Under the pieces are notes generated by a model that saw nothing but the letters and a program-made list of their open reading frames with translations, did no database searches and was not told the DNA's origin. The translations under genes and the position numbers were made by a program. A DNA stretch of 64,000 nucleotides, from the NCBI GenBank assembly GCA_051362555.1, contig CM120640.1, forward strand, positions 57,948,788 through 58,012,787, written 5' to 3'. Source of the stretch: Lingula anatina (Eukaryota; Animalia; Brachiopoda). This document shows, one piece after another, positions 39,073 to 53,500 of this stretch (the stretch's first letter is position 1; each line of letters opens with the position of its first letter).

Positions 39073-40694
39073 AATTTGAAATTATTGTTTTCTTTTTCTT
39101 CCATTATTGTTTTCTTTTTCTTCCGTTGATAATGCCTCAATCGTCAAAACTGCATTTTACAAAATAATTATTCAGGAATAGATATTATTGCACAAACAGG
39201 TGATTATCAAGAATGCGTGCTGAAAAATGGATAAAGATTTTTTTCTTCAGTTCATATTTGGATAACATTTCTTCAGGTCTTTATCATTAAATTAAATATA
39301 CTTGGTAATTGATATTTTAACCCTATTCTTATTTTCATATATTGATTTTGTCTCACCTGGCACTGACTAATCAACGTAAATGGGTTTTTTATTCACGCAA
39401 GGAAATTGTAAAGAGAACAATGGAGGGTTTTTCTCATTGATCTAAACAGATTGGATCTGAAAGCCAAACTGGAAGAAAGAAAAGGTAAATTGATATAAAT
39501 CTATTTAGAATTTATTCAACATTTGGGTATGCTCCTCAGAAGTACCTTTCATTGGATTTTCTTGTTGAATTGGTAATAGATTAACAACATGGTTTTGAAA
39601 TATGAATAAAATCTGACTCATTATAGTTTGTGATCAATATTACAGTGGATGGTATAAAACAATATTAATTGGTTTCATGAACTATGGCTTGTAGACTAGA
39701 ATTTGATGAAGCTGCCCTGAACAAGAGAAACACTGATTTTGCTATTCTCAGTAGAGAAACTTGCACTTGTGATAACTGCCATTGTGGACTACTGGCTCTT
39801 TAAAAGGTGAGTGGTGGTGCTGCCTTTTTTTTCTAAGCAAAACTTAAGTGTTTTCATTCATGTCCAACATCTGTTCTTGGCTACCATGATACTTATTTCA
39901 AAAGCCTTGTAATAGGGCCACTTAACTGTCAGTTTCTACAGCTATATGGTTATTTTACTGTTTACAATACCACAGTAACATTTTTTTTCTTTTTTGCTTT
40001 TGCCAAAAATCAAATATGTAGATGGAATCTGTATTATGTTATATAAACTGAGGTGATAGATAATTTGGACAAGCAGTAATTTCATGAGCACATGTATGTG
40101 GATGATCTACCCATACAGCAATACCTAGCTGCAGTAAAATGTGGTATAAACATTTCAGCAAAAGCAGTAGATCTACTAGAGGGCAAGGGATGTATTGATT
40201 GATTCTGAACAAAGCCTAGGGCAGAGCTAGCAGACGCTAAGCCAATTACTGAGACAGACAACGCAGAGCACAGAATACTGCAATTCAAGGGTTTATTCGA
40301 TTTTGCCTAATCCTTGCATATTGGAAGCTCACAGTTATATGGAGAATAATTCTAAATGGATTTTTTTTCATAGTGGTTCCCATGGTTACTAATTACTGAA
40401 GGAGCCAAAACATAACCAAGGTAACAGTATGGATAGACTTTTATGTCTGTGTGTGAATATTTCTAAGGTGAATAAAAAATGTTAACTTGTTTCTTGTGGG
40501 TCAACGACTAGTTGCTATTTTGTAAAGGAGTATATGCCTGTTTATTGGCTCTGTGTGTGCATGTATGTGTGTAAGAGAGAGTGAGAGAGAGACATAGATA
40601 GAACCCAATTCTTAAAGATGTAATATTGTGTCAATGTTTTATCTTTTTTATTTCAGTGTACTTCGCAGACAAAAATAACAATTTTCAGCTTTGA

Positions 40695-42642
40695 ATGAGT
40701 GACAGCAGAATGAGTTCCTTTATTTCATCCATGTCACCAACTCTTAGACATGGTAAGTTTTATCCAACTTTCATTGCATCTGCATTTAACTCTATTCACT
40801 TTATATTAAACTATATCATGTCCCATGTAACATATTTATAGCCATTTTAACAGTTGGCTTAAGGCTAAGATGTTATTAATTAACAGCTTGCCTAGTCTCA
40901 AGCCTGTATGTCCAACAGATGTCACTGATATTTTCCTCAGCCCAGTATAGTCAATATAATATGGCCTTGCACCTGGTACCAAGTGTAGTTAACAAAATGC
41001 CAGTCACCTATACCATGACTTGCTTAATTCTTTATGGAATGCACTTGTCTGCAAGTTAAAGTTTTGTATAAGAAAGTCTTCAACACATATAAATTTTATA
41101 TCATTGTCACAGAAAATAGAATTCAACAAAAGGAAACTCAAACTTAATATTTTGGTGCATCACAGTAGTCTGACTTACTGGTCTGACATTATTTTAATGT
41201 GGTTTGAAGTGTTATAAATGCTTACATTTGGCAAAATAGCTTTTTTCCAGCTTCTTTTTTTTATCAAATACTTATCTTGATGTAAGTGCAATAAAAATGA
41301 AAACTTTTTGAGTAAAAAGTCCACTTTTTGCTGTTTTATTCACTTTCTTAAAGTCCACCCACCCACCCACTCACCCACCCATCGTCTACTGGGGATGGAG
41401 TTAATTACAAGTCCTGTGGTAAGCCCTTCCTACTGAGCATGTGTCACCCCATAAAGAGAAGATTAGATCAGAAGTCAAATTGAACTTAGGAAACTATTTT
41501 TTGAATGACAGAAGTCTTCACCTATGCAAAAAAAAAATATAATATATTATATATGTCCATAAGAATTAATATTTGGAGATGAGAACGTATTAGCACACGC
41601 AAGTTGCTGGAAATGGTCAGTACTATGGCCATATGTTGAAAAATAGAACTGCAGTTAAAAATAAAAAAGAGTATACTGGCCTCCTTTGCCTGTAGGTTAC
41701 AGATTTGTTTGTCAAGATTGCTAGGAATACACAGTTTGCAGTGGTGGCACCAAAGAATGCTGGACACCAACTGCTTTCTGCAAGGAAAGGCAGGCATTTT
41801 TTTTTAATCACAAAATACCTTTTGATATTTTAAATGTTTATCAGGCACTATTAAAGTTACATATGAAGTGAGCATGGATTCCCTAAAGACCACTTCCACT
41901 AGTTTCTCATAGGACTCAAACAAAGTTGACATCCCAAGGGATACACTAAATTAATCACTTGATCAGCCATAAAAAAGCTTTAAAACTGCAGCTTCTTCAA
42001 ATTTCTGGTTGTAATTTGACATACTTATCCATCCCTCCATTTGTTAAAGGCCAACAAATGTAATATAGTAATGTTTGTCACATTACTGCATGTTGTGCAC
42101 ATAATATAGCACAATTATTCAAATGAGTTGCCGAAAACCACCAAGGGTTAGATATAGCACAGAAAGAAAAGCAGAAAATATCTGTAAAAATATCAACTGA
42201 AATGATGCCTTTTGATGTTTTTTAAGTTATGCTCTTTGAAACTGTATGGTGGCATTTGGTCAGGTTTTGTGGCCAAAATTTGACTTCGAATGCATAGTTT
42301 GTTTCTCCTTATTATCAGAATTGACTGAGGTAGCCAAATGGGGTTATTAGCCATATAATATGCAATCTCATTTTACACTTGTTTGTTATCATCCATGGAT
42401 AATCCAATTATAAGTATCAAGAAAACTTTCATGAAGGCATCTAAAGATCAAGTTGAACTTATTGGTTCATTACAGCAGCAGTCTTATTCTATGGCAGTCG
42501 TAATCCAAGTCTGTCAACTGAATTTTGATATGATAATTATTTTTTTCCAGGAAACAGGCATCTTAGTGACAAAGATTCCGATTCAAGTTCTGGAATGTCT
42601 CCCAAAATGTGTCCCTACAAAGCTGGATCAATAATTCCTCAT
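40695..42642 (+). CDS. Candidate long N-terminal exon pair of the second septin (40695-40752 and 42551-42642)
   Basis: The ATG at 40695 is directly preceded by an in-frame TGA. Donor CATG|GTAAGT is phase 1; acceptor ttttttccag| precedes 42551; donor CAT|GTAAGT is phase 0 and matches the phase-0 exon at 52378. Encodes Ser-rich [50 protein letters not shown]. Confidence 0.6.
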
Positions 42643-42920
42643 GTAAGTGAAAGGTTTATATTTCTTTCTGTGCATGTATTTTGTCTATCCTTTGCTTATT
42701 TTATTAGTAGATGTTTGGTTGTGGCAGCTCTACATTTTATACCTATGTTTACAGAAAATGCAGTTTGGTATTTGGACAACTTGCTGTCAATTTTTTTTTA
42801 TTATTTGCCAAGGTCTGTGAAAATAAATTAATGACTTCAAGTGAAATTTTTTCAGTAAGAAATTAATTAGAAAGAGAAGTTTTCAATATTAGAATAATAC
42901 TAAATTCTTTTTGTGTATTT

Positions 42921-42955
<35 letters not shown>

Positions 42956-45900
42956 TGTATTTATTTTTGACAAAACCCAATCAGTAACAGATGATAAAGA
43001 GAAAGTAAATTATTGCAGCCAGTTTCTGACTCTAGGGAACTTCCTTTTGTCTGGGGGGAGAAACATTCTAGTAGAACTATCTATCAGACCAATGATTGGT
43101 TATATTTATCAGATATTCCATCTATTTGGTTTTGAGGTCTGTCAAAGTGTTGTGATTGATAGGGAGAATATTGTACAATTACCCTAGGGAAATGCCGAAC
43201 CCAATCTTTTTTGTCCTTTCGTCATATGTATTTCTAGCTAATGAAGTTAAAAGGTATGAGTAATTCATATTACCAAACTGTTCTTTGTCAATATTCAACT
43301 TAGTGATGATGACTTCATTATTTTTTTTTAATTAAGTGATATATGTAGAATGAACTATATATATATATATATATATATATCACTCTTATGTTGAAGGAAA
43401 TAAACTATATTAACAAGTATAGGTTTTGCATAGGTCACTTGAAATGAATGTGATTTTCTAGTCAATTCATGGTTTACATGCCAACCATTTTTTTTTCATA
43501 ATTTTTTTATTTTAATTTCTCCTTTTACGAAATAAAACCATATTTTAAACAACAAACAAGAATATGTTTTAAGTGCTTTCTTTACTTCATGAAAAAACCC
43601 ACACACAGACTCTTTGTTTTTTTTATAATTAAAGAAAGTTAACCTCACATGGTGTCACTGGGTACAAAGGAAATTATTTTGGCTTTCCGGAATGTTTATT
43701 ATACAATTCCTCAGATTCCCAGGGTTTGTTTATATTTCATCCCCATAGATTTAGTAGTGTAAACAGAGAAGTTCACCTGAATGTGTATCCTGAATTCATT
43801 GCCCATCTTCTTTTTAATGAAATCCATTTTTTTTTACATTGAGGCAAATTCTTTATTATATGTTCCACACATATTTCTGAAAATAACATTTTTGAAGTAA
43901 AGTAGGTAAATTTCAATATTTGTAGAGTCTTTACTGATATTACTGACCTGTCCTTGTAAGGTTATGAGGAAATTGCATTGTTTTGAAATAAATTGAACCT
44001 TTTGTATAATATCAGGGAAATCTATGTAAAAGCTAAGACTGTCAATGAGCTTTTTATCATCCAATGGACACGCATCACGATGGAAACCTCCTAAAACAGT
44101 GGTCATAAAGTTGTGTACCCCTAGTTGCACAAATGTTGCATAAGCAGTTTAAGGTTCGTTAGAGCCCTCAAACAGCAATGTTTACCCCAGATTTTGTATG
44201 TTGTGTCAACCCCCCTATCAGATGTCCCATTACCACTTGCTGTATACATTGGTGTGTTGTGTCAGGTAATCAAGGGGGGGGGGGGGGGGAAGACGTCTTA
44301 GTTTTCACTGAGTGGATTAAGAATTTGGGGTTTTCTATACAAACATACCAGTTACAGGGGAGTTCTCAAGGAGTTTTTATTTTGACAGCTGAGCCATTTG
44401 ATTAATCAGAATAAATCACTATTTAAAACTTTCTGATTAATGCAGAATATCACATATGAATTGTCCGCAAAATTAATGACAATTAATTAAAAATAGCTAG
44501 TCTGGCAATACTTCAAAATAAGAAGATTGCCATTTCGTTTTTAAAAAACATTTTGAGTAGGCCCCCTTAAAGCTTGGTAACCCCAGTACAAGCAGTCCAT
44601 TGTGGTAAGATATCAGTGGTATTGACAAGAAGAAAGACCAGTTTTGTTGTAGTTTTTCTACTGGAAATGAAAAATGCACATAAAGCAGGAAACCTAAGGA
44701 CATACCTTGCTTTTCCTGTTGTGAATGGTGACCATAATATAAGTGTGTCATCTGTTTGACCAACTTACAGTCATCAGATAATCTAGTAGGACTGGTCAAC
44801 TAACCAGATAAAGTGGTACAATAATTATAAGGATTTTATATATTCTTGGAAACTGTATTGAAAATTTAGTTACTTTGCCAGCCAGAGCACCTGTTTTGTT
44901 TTTTTAAGAAAAAGAGAGACAGTGAAGACTACACATTTTACAGTGTTCCCACTGATTTAAAATGCAGGCCATACTGCATTAACGATGAACTGGAGGTAGA
45001 ATCGTATAACACCCTAGTGAACAGATAATTGCACATAACTCGCACTGAGGCTAAAAGGAAGAGAAATATTACCTTAGCACCATGAACAAACCAAAGGTAA
45101 GATTTTTTTATGTTGACATTAGCGCTATTGTTAGATAAGGTTGTGAAGCATGTCCCATTTGTCAGATGGTCTATAGCTGATAGGAAACGTGCATGATGCT
45201 GCAGGTGAAATTCAGTGCCATGTGCTCAAGTTATTGCTGACAACATCACAGTATCACCATGTATTGAATATGCAAGGGAAGAAGGTACGTATCGACTTTG
45301 GGATTAATGGGTTATAAGTCATGTGATAAGTCTGGATGATAATTGAGAGAATATCTGGACAGAAACTGTACAGTTGCATGTCACTCTTAAACCTTAACTG
45401 TTTATCTTTGAACTGTGTTTCAATTTTCAGTTTATTTGACTAACTTAATCATAGGAATGTGCAGTATGTAAAATTGTTTGTATATTTTAACATAATGTCA
45501 TAATATTGAATATGAATCAATATAGATAAGTTTAGAAATACCAACTGCCTGAAAATGTCATAGTATCATGCAATTATAGCATAAATGATCTGGCAGGAAT
45601 AAGGTGTGAACAAGACTGAACACACTAAGTTGAGGCAATATAAGGCTCGATTCCATGACTTGAAAATAAAACAGACAGCCAGTTTAATTTGGCATGAGTG
45701 ATGATTTGAATCTAAGCTAATTTAACCTCAGTTAATTTAAACAGTCCCTTCTCCTCCTGGTCTTTCTGTCTTTGTTATTTTTAGAGGTTAAAATGATCCT
45801 TGAACAACCAATGTTTACCCTAGCCATCTGGTAGTTAATTATTAGAGCATCAGTGTTGATCCAAGAGTTCTCTCCAGGCAAATTCCTCCAGCTCGGATAG

Positions 45901-47547
45901 GGTTATGTCCAACAGATTGAAGCCTATCATGTTTTTATTAATGAGCTGAGGGTCTAAATTATTTTAAAATCATGGAAATATTTAGTTTGAAAGATAAATA
46001 TGCAGTGAAGTATACCTGGGACATGTTTTTATAATGATTTTAAAATGAATAGTTGCTAATTTAAGTGATTACAGCAAAAAGCAAACTCAAACCTGATAAA
46101 TTAAAATAGAGTATTACTTAGAGTTCCCATGCCACCAGTTCAATATTTCCCCTATTTCAGGATACCCTGTATCATGATAAAGTTATGGTGGCTATTAGTT
46201 TGTAGCTGGCACCTTTGTTGATGTACATGTAGGCCACAAATGTACAGGTGTAAGACATTGCTAACCTGAATTTTTGTGGCAATCAAATAGATGCTCTATC
46301 GTTGTGCATCCTTGCACACAGCACAATTTTTCATGGTCTGCTTAGAAAATCAACAATTAAACGAAAAAATCAGTTTACCCTCACTGTTAATGTATATCAC
46401 CAAAAGGATAAACTTTTCCATTCAAAGTGAATGAACACTGGCTGAGATTTTCTTAATATATTTATAAGAATCTTCAAATTGAAAGATGCACCTCAAATAA
46501 GTAGGGTAGAATGACATTCAAATATTAGAAATTAACTAAGCAGCTACCTTAATTGGGACATGATGGGAAGAATTCCATGCTTGTTCTTTCAATCTTATCT
46601 TTTATTGGTTTTGGGTTATGACTTTTGTTACAAAGTCCTTCACCAGTGTTCTTTATTTTTTGCACACTGCTGTTAACGTCATGATATCAGCTGGCTTTGT
46701 ACAAAATATCCTTAACTGAATTCACAGTACATATAATAGTACAATTTTTTAGCCATCTTATTGAGTTATGTCTTACAACATATGGTAATTACTCAATCTT
46801 CTCAATGGGCAAAATTATCAAACTTTCAGATAAATAATTTTATAATCACAAAATTAGCATTTGTGGTGCTTTTACTACATAAAATAGGACTGTAGAGTAG
46901 CATTCTTATTAATTCTGTTGCTACCACTCATGAAAAGATGGAGTAATTACCGATATCTTTGTGAACTAAATCAAACAAAATAACTGAAAAAGCTAGTGAA
47001 ATATATTTCATTAGCTTTGTCCAAACATAATTGTGTTTAACTGTTGGCAAAAGTTTCTCTGAATTGCTTGAACCTATGTAGTATAGTTCAACCCTCTGCA
47101 CATTGTCAGAAAATGATACAAACAAAAATGTGTTAATCCAATACAGTATTAGAATGTGATACAGGCTGCTCTGTCCTGCCAGAAGAATGTGTTAGGTGTT
47201 CTAAGCAATTGCTTCCAGGCCCATGTTTGCTTGAAGTTGTGTTAGTTGATATTTTTACCGACTCTCCAGGCTGGGGTGTTGTTGTACCAGTAGATCGCTT
47301 ATACATTTGTTTTAAGTAGCAGATAATGGTTAATACCCACAATATGCGAAATCTTAAAATGACTTGTAAATAGGTGGTTTGTCAAAGCGGATCCTTGTTT
47401 TATTACTTCATGTCAATTTACTTTAGATACATAATTTATTATTTAATTAGAAATAAACCATTTTGTTCACTGAGTGATTGATTTTATCCCGTTTCTTCCA
47501 TTTATGCTTAAACCAATTAAGAGCACCATATCAACATTTTGTTAGCA

Positions 47548-47622
<75 letters not shown>

Positions 47623-48012
47623 TTTTCTACTCTGAAGAACAATTTGTCAGCCAAGTTACATCATGAAAAATTGCCTATTTATTGTCAAACACTTCTTGTT
47701 TTTATGATAGACTGCCATTAGCTAAGAATGGTTCATGGTCAATATCTATAATTTAGTCTTGTTAAAGGCTATGAGAATGAGGTGTCAAAGAACCATTAGT
47801 GTATCATTTCCTTAGTAATCACTGCCTGTTTACTCTAAAGAAAGATAATCATCTCCAGAAATACACATTTTAAACTACTTTGGCTATGGGAAATATCAAT
47901 AGCTTTTGATAGATAGAGCAAAAAAAAAAAAGAAAATGTTTTGATCCATAGATTGATGAGTCTGTATGAATGGTAGCAATAATATCTCACTATGCTGATT
48001 CTCGCTCTTACC

Positions 48013-48089
<77 letters not shown>

Positions 48090-50520
48090 ATGGTATAAAT
48101 CAAGATGTTATGGCATGATATCACCTGAAAAATATGATGCTCAGGGGCAAGGAACCTTAAAATTAGATACATCATCTACCCATTTAGCACCAAGCCCTTT
48201 TATTAGGTCACCCTACTTTAGACATCAGGACCTTGTCAAGTCCATCTTTGACTTCAGATGTCAAGAGATACATCAACTTTTCCAAATTACACGTTTCAGA
48301 TGGAAATTAGATTGCTTATGCTGTCACAATCACTTTGGTGTGAAAGAGTGGTTTTCCCAGATTTATTAGGGAAACCTTACAGGAATACAGAAATTGTAGC
48401 TCCATCATCAAGGGGAATCTTTGACTACATTTTTTGCTTGGGAAGCTACTTTAGTATATTCTTAGGATCACTCAGTGTCTTTCTGTTTATACAGAAATTC
48501 TGACCTGGTGTTTTATCAATTGTCCATTTATCTCAAATATATTCAGATTTTGTGCAGTGGGTTCAACCCTGTATCTTTTGTTTGTGAAACTCTAAACTAT
48601 ACTTTACCTTCGTTGCCATTATGGTAGTGTGTAGTATAGGGACAGCAAGGATTACACACTCTATGCTCCAGTGGACAGTGATAATATCAAGTATGGAGAA
48701 CTACTGTCATCTCAAATACCTGACCAATATGGGAGGGGTGCACAGGGGTTCCATCTCCTGGAGACTTCAATAAATTTAGCTTGTTTTAATATTGTATGTG
48801 TTATCTTTGGTTTGTTTATGTTTCTGTAGCATCCAGTATAAGATAGTCTACTTAGTTTACACTGCATATCCTCATATATACAAAGTCTCCATATCAGTAG
48901 TTAGATCTGTGAGATATGTCTTAGCCCTCATCCAGTACCAGGACATACTGGCTGAGGGCACCTGTTGTCCATGTGAGAGCCCCTATGACTTCTACATGTT
49001 AGACAGGAACTGGGACATAACACGGTAGTCCCAAATCTAGAGGAGCATCAGTTGCCTCCAGCAAAGAGGTGTAAACTAAGTGATTGAGATATATATTTAA
49101 CTGGTTTAGAGACAAGGCATCATCGTGCTGTAACTTGTACTATGTCTAATGGGTAGTTTTTATACAAAGAAAACTTTCACAAGAGAAGAGAAGTTTTGGA
49201 TGTACTTTCTTGAGACCCATTAATTATAATGAGCAGAAGTAATTTGCAGAGAACCTCTGTGCGCCAATCTAAAAGGAAGTATAGGAAGAGGGTATATCAG
49301 GTAGGCTTTTCCCTTAAATATCTGAAATGCTCATTATTACTTATAGAATTTAAAGGCAACAATACGTTCACACTAACAGCAGCATGCACAGTGGCAAGCA
49401 ATGTTATGGTTGATAGTACTCAATGTTAGAATTGGTGCTACATGTACATTAGTGCTGTGATGCAAATGTTTTATGACAAATTTGCGACTATGGCATCTAC
49501 TGCACAGATCTTTTGTTCTTAAAGCTATTCTGTTTCACAATGTGAATTTTATTTTACTTAATGGGTCTTTGTGAATTCATGACGCTTTCCTCAAGATAAA
49601 AGGCACATCGTCTTTGGGTAGATTCAATGTGGGAGCACAGGCTTTTAGAAATACAATATTGTTTATCTACCCCCCCCCCCCTCCTCCCTTCCCTTTAAAG
49701 GAAAAATGGACCTTATTAATAATTTCTTGGATTAACCAAAACTATCAAATGTTAATTGTCTTAAAGAAAATGGTTGTTTTTTAGTATATTGGTGAATATT
49801 TCTGTATGATAGAGGCTAAATGATTTTCCAGAAGATAATTATATCTCTTGCACACTTTCTATATTAATCTATTGAGATGGAAATTATCTGCTAGCACTTA
49901 ATTGTAATACATTCAACAGTGATTCAGCAACAAAAAGAAGAAGATGATAGGGCCAATGTGATAATAAAGAGATGTAAAGAGGATAAGCTCTCAGTCAGTG
50001 AACCAATATAATATACATAATGATCGTGCATGTCATAATCACTTTTGGATACTGATCTAAATTGCATCATCAAGTTCATTATTCTAAGCAAAACAGGACT
50101 AGTTCCCAAAGTTAAGTATCTTGACAGTCATTTATGTTAAAAGATTTGGATGTACACTCTGCACACACATTGTATGATCTTCATTTTATGTTGCCCTCAG
50201 AAATGTGATGTCTTAATTTTAGGTGTTTCAACCAAATATGTAAGTTTGCATATCTTGGAAATGCATGTCCTGTCACTTGTGCACATGAAAGGTTATTTGG
50301 TACTATTTCTATTGAAAGTCCATTGTTATTATGGCTCCTTTCCAGAAATCAGTATGTTTCCGTTCTGACCACTGGCAATGTGCTACATTGTGTTAATGGA
50401 AATCTATATGTTTTCCAGTTTTGCTCCAAGTATATTATTGCTCATATGTACCCATAACATATTACTCCAAATATAGAGCTACATATGGTTATAGCATCCA
50501 AAGTCACCCCAATTACCTTT

Positions 50521-50577
<57 letters not shown>

Positions 50578-53500
50578 ACTTATTTTACTCACCTTAGGAA
50601 AAAAATCTGTATCTTGTCAAGCATGTCATATCTGGCAGACATTTCCCATTTTCATGTATTTTTCTCTAAGTTACTGTTGTAACCAAGGACCCATTTAATA
50701 TTATCAGTGTTGGGTTGCAATATCATGTTCTTGACTACAAGTTGAACTTCATTTATCTCATCATTGTCTCCTTTTTAGATCCTGTAAAATATCTAGTGTT
50801 AGATAATATAAGGTTTTGTTGAAGGTGTATTATAATTGCTAATCTCTTCACTTACAGTTATGTTATCTTGATAATGCAAGCTAAAATGCTAGAATATATT
50901 TTTTATGCAAAAATGCTGGAGTTATTGCAATTATTTAAGGTTGTGTTCAGGGAAAAAATCAGATGTATAACCACACAATAAGGTAAGATGAAAATGGATT
51001 ATACTTCCAACTGATTTCTCGCTAATTTGATACATTCAAATGAAGATCCAAAATCTACTGAAAAGTCTTCAACGTGTTGGATGCATTGGTATAAGAATAA
51101 TTTACGATAAAAAAATATTGTCAGAATTTAACCTAAGCTATTCAGGAAATAGTTCTGAAGGATGCCAACATCAAAGGGGAAAATATCCATGGAGAGAATA
51201 TTACATACAAAAATACTTTATCAATAAAGCAATAATGTTGTCTGTGGGGGAGTAGAGATTTCATGTGTGCTCTTTATTTCATATACTTAAGATCAAAGAA
51301 GCAGAAATATGCTTTTTAGACAGCTGTTCCACTTGAATATATTAAAGGTTTTACAGTAACCAACCTTCTAACTTCCTTCATAAACTCTGTAACTTTTATC
51401 TTGACACAGCACTCTAGATGATCTAATTTTTTATACAGGCTTGTCATTAAAGTTACAGTCATTTTATCTTCTGAAGTTCTACAAGTGTAATAGCTTTGAA
51501 TATGAAAAAAAAAATGAACATGGTATCCAAGCATCCCTCAAAATCCCCGAAGAAAAAGTGGGCTTATATTGGCAGGAGATACTCCATTTTTATTGATTTT
51601 GACCCCATTTTTTTAAGTTCTTCACCAACAGTTATATGCAAAATTGAAGTGAAATTTACTTTAATTCCTCTCCAGAGGAACATTGAACTCCAACACATTT
51701 TCCACACTCTTTGGTATTTTTTCATGTCACCGGAATTATTTGCCACATCTGGCCAAGAAAAGACTCATTTTCACTTTTGATTTTTCATAGAAAAAAAACT
51801 GAATGAGATATTTAAATGCTGATCAATTTTACAAACTCACTTTCTGCAACATAAATGATTTGTCAGCTTTACAATTACAAATACTGGCAACAGTTATGAT
51901 TGGCATTTATATGGCAATATTATTTAATGCCTTGTTTGACAATATACCTCTTATAAATGAACAACCTGTTATAAATTTTGTTATGTAAAAGAAGACATGC
52001 ACCATATGGTGCATAGATAGTCTGCAGTGTACAAAAATCTTTTGGGAAATGTGAATCTTCAGCTTGCTTATTTACATGGCAAACAGAAATCTTGCTTCTT
52101 TGAAATATATTGTTAAGAAGTGCAATATAGAAATGAAAAGAACAAAATTATGTTGGGTTGAAGTCTGAGGTTTGTGATACCTAGACACATGAATAGTGGA
52201 GTGAAATGAGGCTAAAATTCAGGCACACTGTGGACTTCTGGAGAAGGCAGGTACTGGTATTCACACTGTAAAAAATAACATTTGGTGTTTCCAATCATGA
52301 TTTGATATCAAGCTTATTTGAAGTTGTTTTTAAATAGATAATATGCAGCATTAAAATAATTTGATTTATCCTTTCAGACTGAGGATGAATATGTTGGCTT
52401 TGCCTCTTTACCAGAGCAAGTCCACAGGAAAGCTGTTAAAAAAGGATTTAACTTCACACTTATGGTTGTGGGTAAGTGAAGATCAAATAAGATTTTCCAC
52501 AGCATCTTTTAAAATCATTTAAGTTTTCTCTTTCTTTAAGTATCTAAAGGCAATGTAAATTTCTTTTCACAGTTCTTTTTTTCTTTTCATTCTTTTTACC
52601 TTTTATGTAGAAATTGAATATCATGATAAAAGTCTTAAAAATATAAAAGTTAATATCCTAAACACTCATGAATATCTTCTCAAACTTGTCTATTTCTGAC
52701 CACAAACCTTTTTCTATCTTAAATAGGTTTGCACATTTTTTATAAGACACAAGTTCACAAGGAGATCTACCACAGGAAATTGGTTCTTGACCAGCTTCTT
52801 GCTGTGATCAATATGGCTTGGAAACTGCACAAGTGTTGACTATTATCAGAGTCATTTATCTACCTATTATGTAGTTTTTATTTGTTCTAGTTTTGAATAG
52901 CTCAGTTTTTCATAACTTGGATGCTTCAAATAAAAGGATTAACTTGTTACATGCCTGACCAATGTACAAGTTGAATAGTAGGGGTATATATGTGCAGATT
53001 AACATTGTTAATCTGATTTAAACACATCATACAATGCCCGCTGCCTAGTAAGTTGCACAGACCCGGCAGCGCCATCTGCGGCAGGGCCCCCTGCATTTAG
53101 TTGTGCGTGCATGTTCGACCGTTAGATTCAATTTCGGCATCTTAACAGTGCAGTGCCGCACGCTTTTCACTTATGGCTTTATTAATATACGTGTTGTGTT
53201 TTTGTTTTTTGATTTCAATATACATAAGTACATGTATTAGACTAATAGAAAGTGATCATGTTGACTTGAGTGTTGAATCTGTTCTTTCTTATTCTAATAA
53301 TACCTAGGGGTACTCCCATAGTTGATGCTACTCAAAATGAAACCGTGAGGGCAACAACCATTTTGGCCAGGGTCATTGTCTTAATAGACAGGGTTATGAT
53401 GTAAAAAGAGCTTCATAATTGCCTTTTTAGAAGGAATAATTGTACCACCAGCGTAGGCGCTGGCGGTACACATGGTTTTAGTCCCGACCCGCATGTTCCG

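Noticed and set aside
41696-41790. Exon-like segment after tgtag in the second septin's 5' region
   Set aside because: It has a stop in the phase required by the upstream exon, and only a GC donor is available.
43238-43253. 16-nt segment with AG/GT boundaries (possible microexon)
   Set aside because: It would shift the frame between exon 42642 and exon 52378, and I found no compensating exon.
47478-48369. ORFs with YIYI and ERER runs (similar cases at 10352, 29939, 50485, 61326, 61354, 63152)
   Set aside because: These are translations of microsatellites. Only the septin exon inside ORF 29939 is real.
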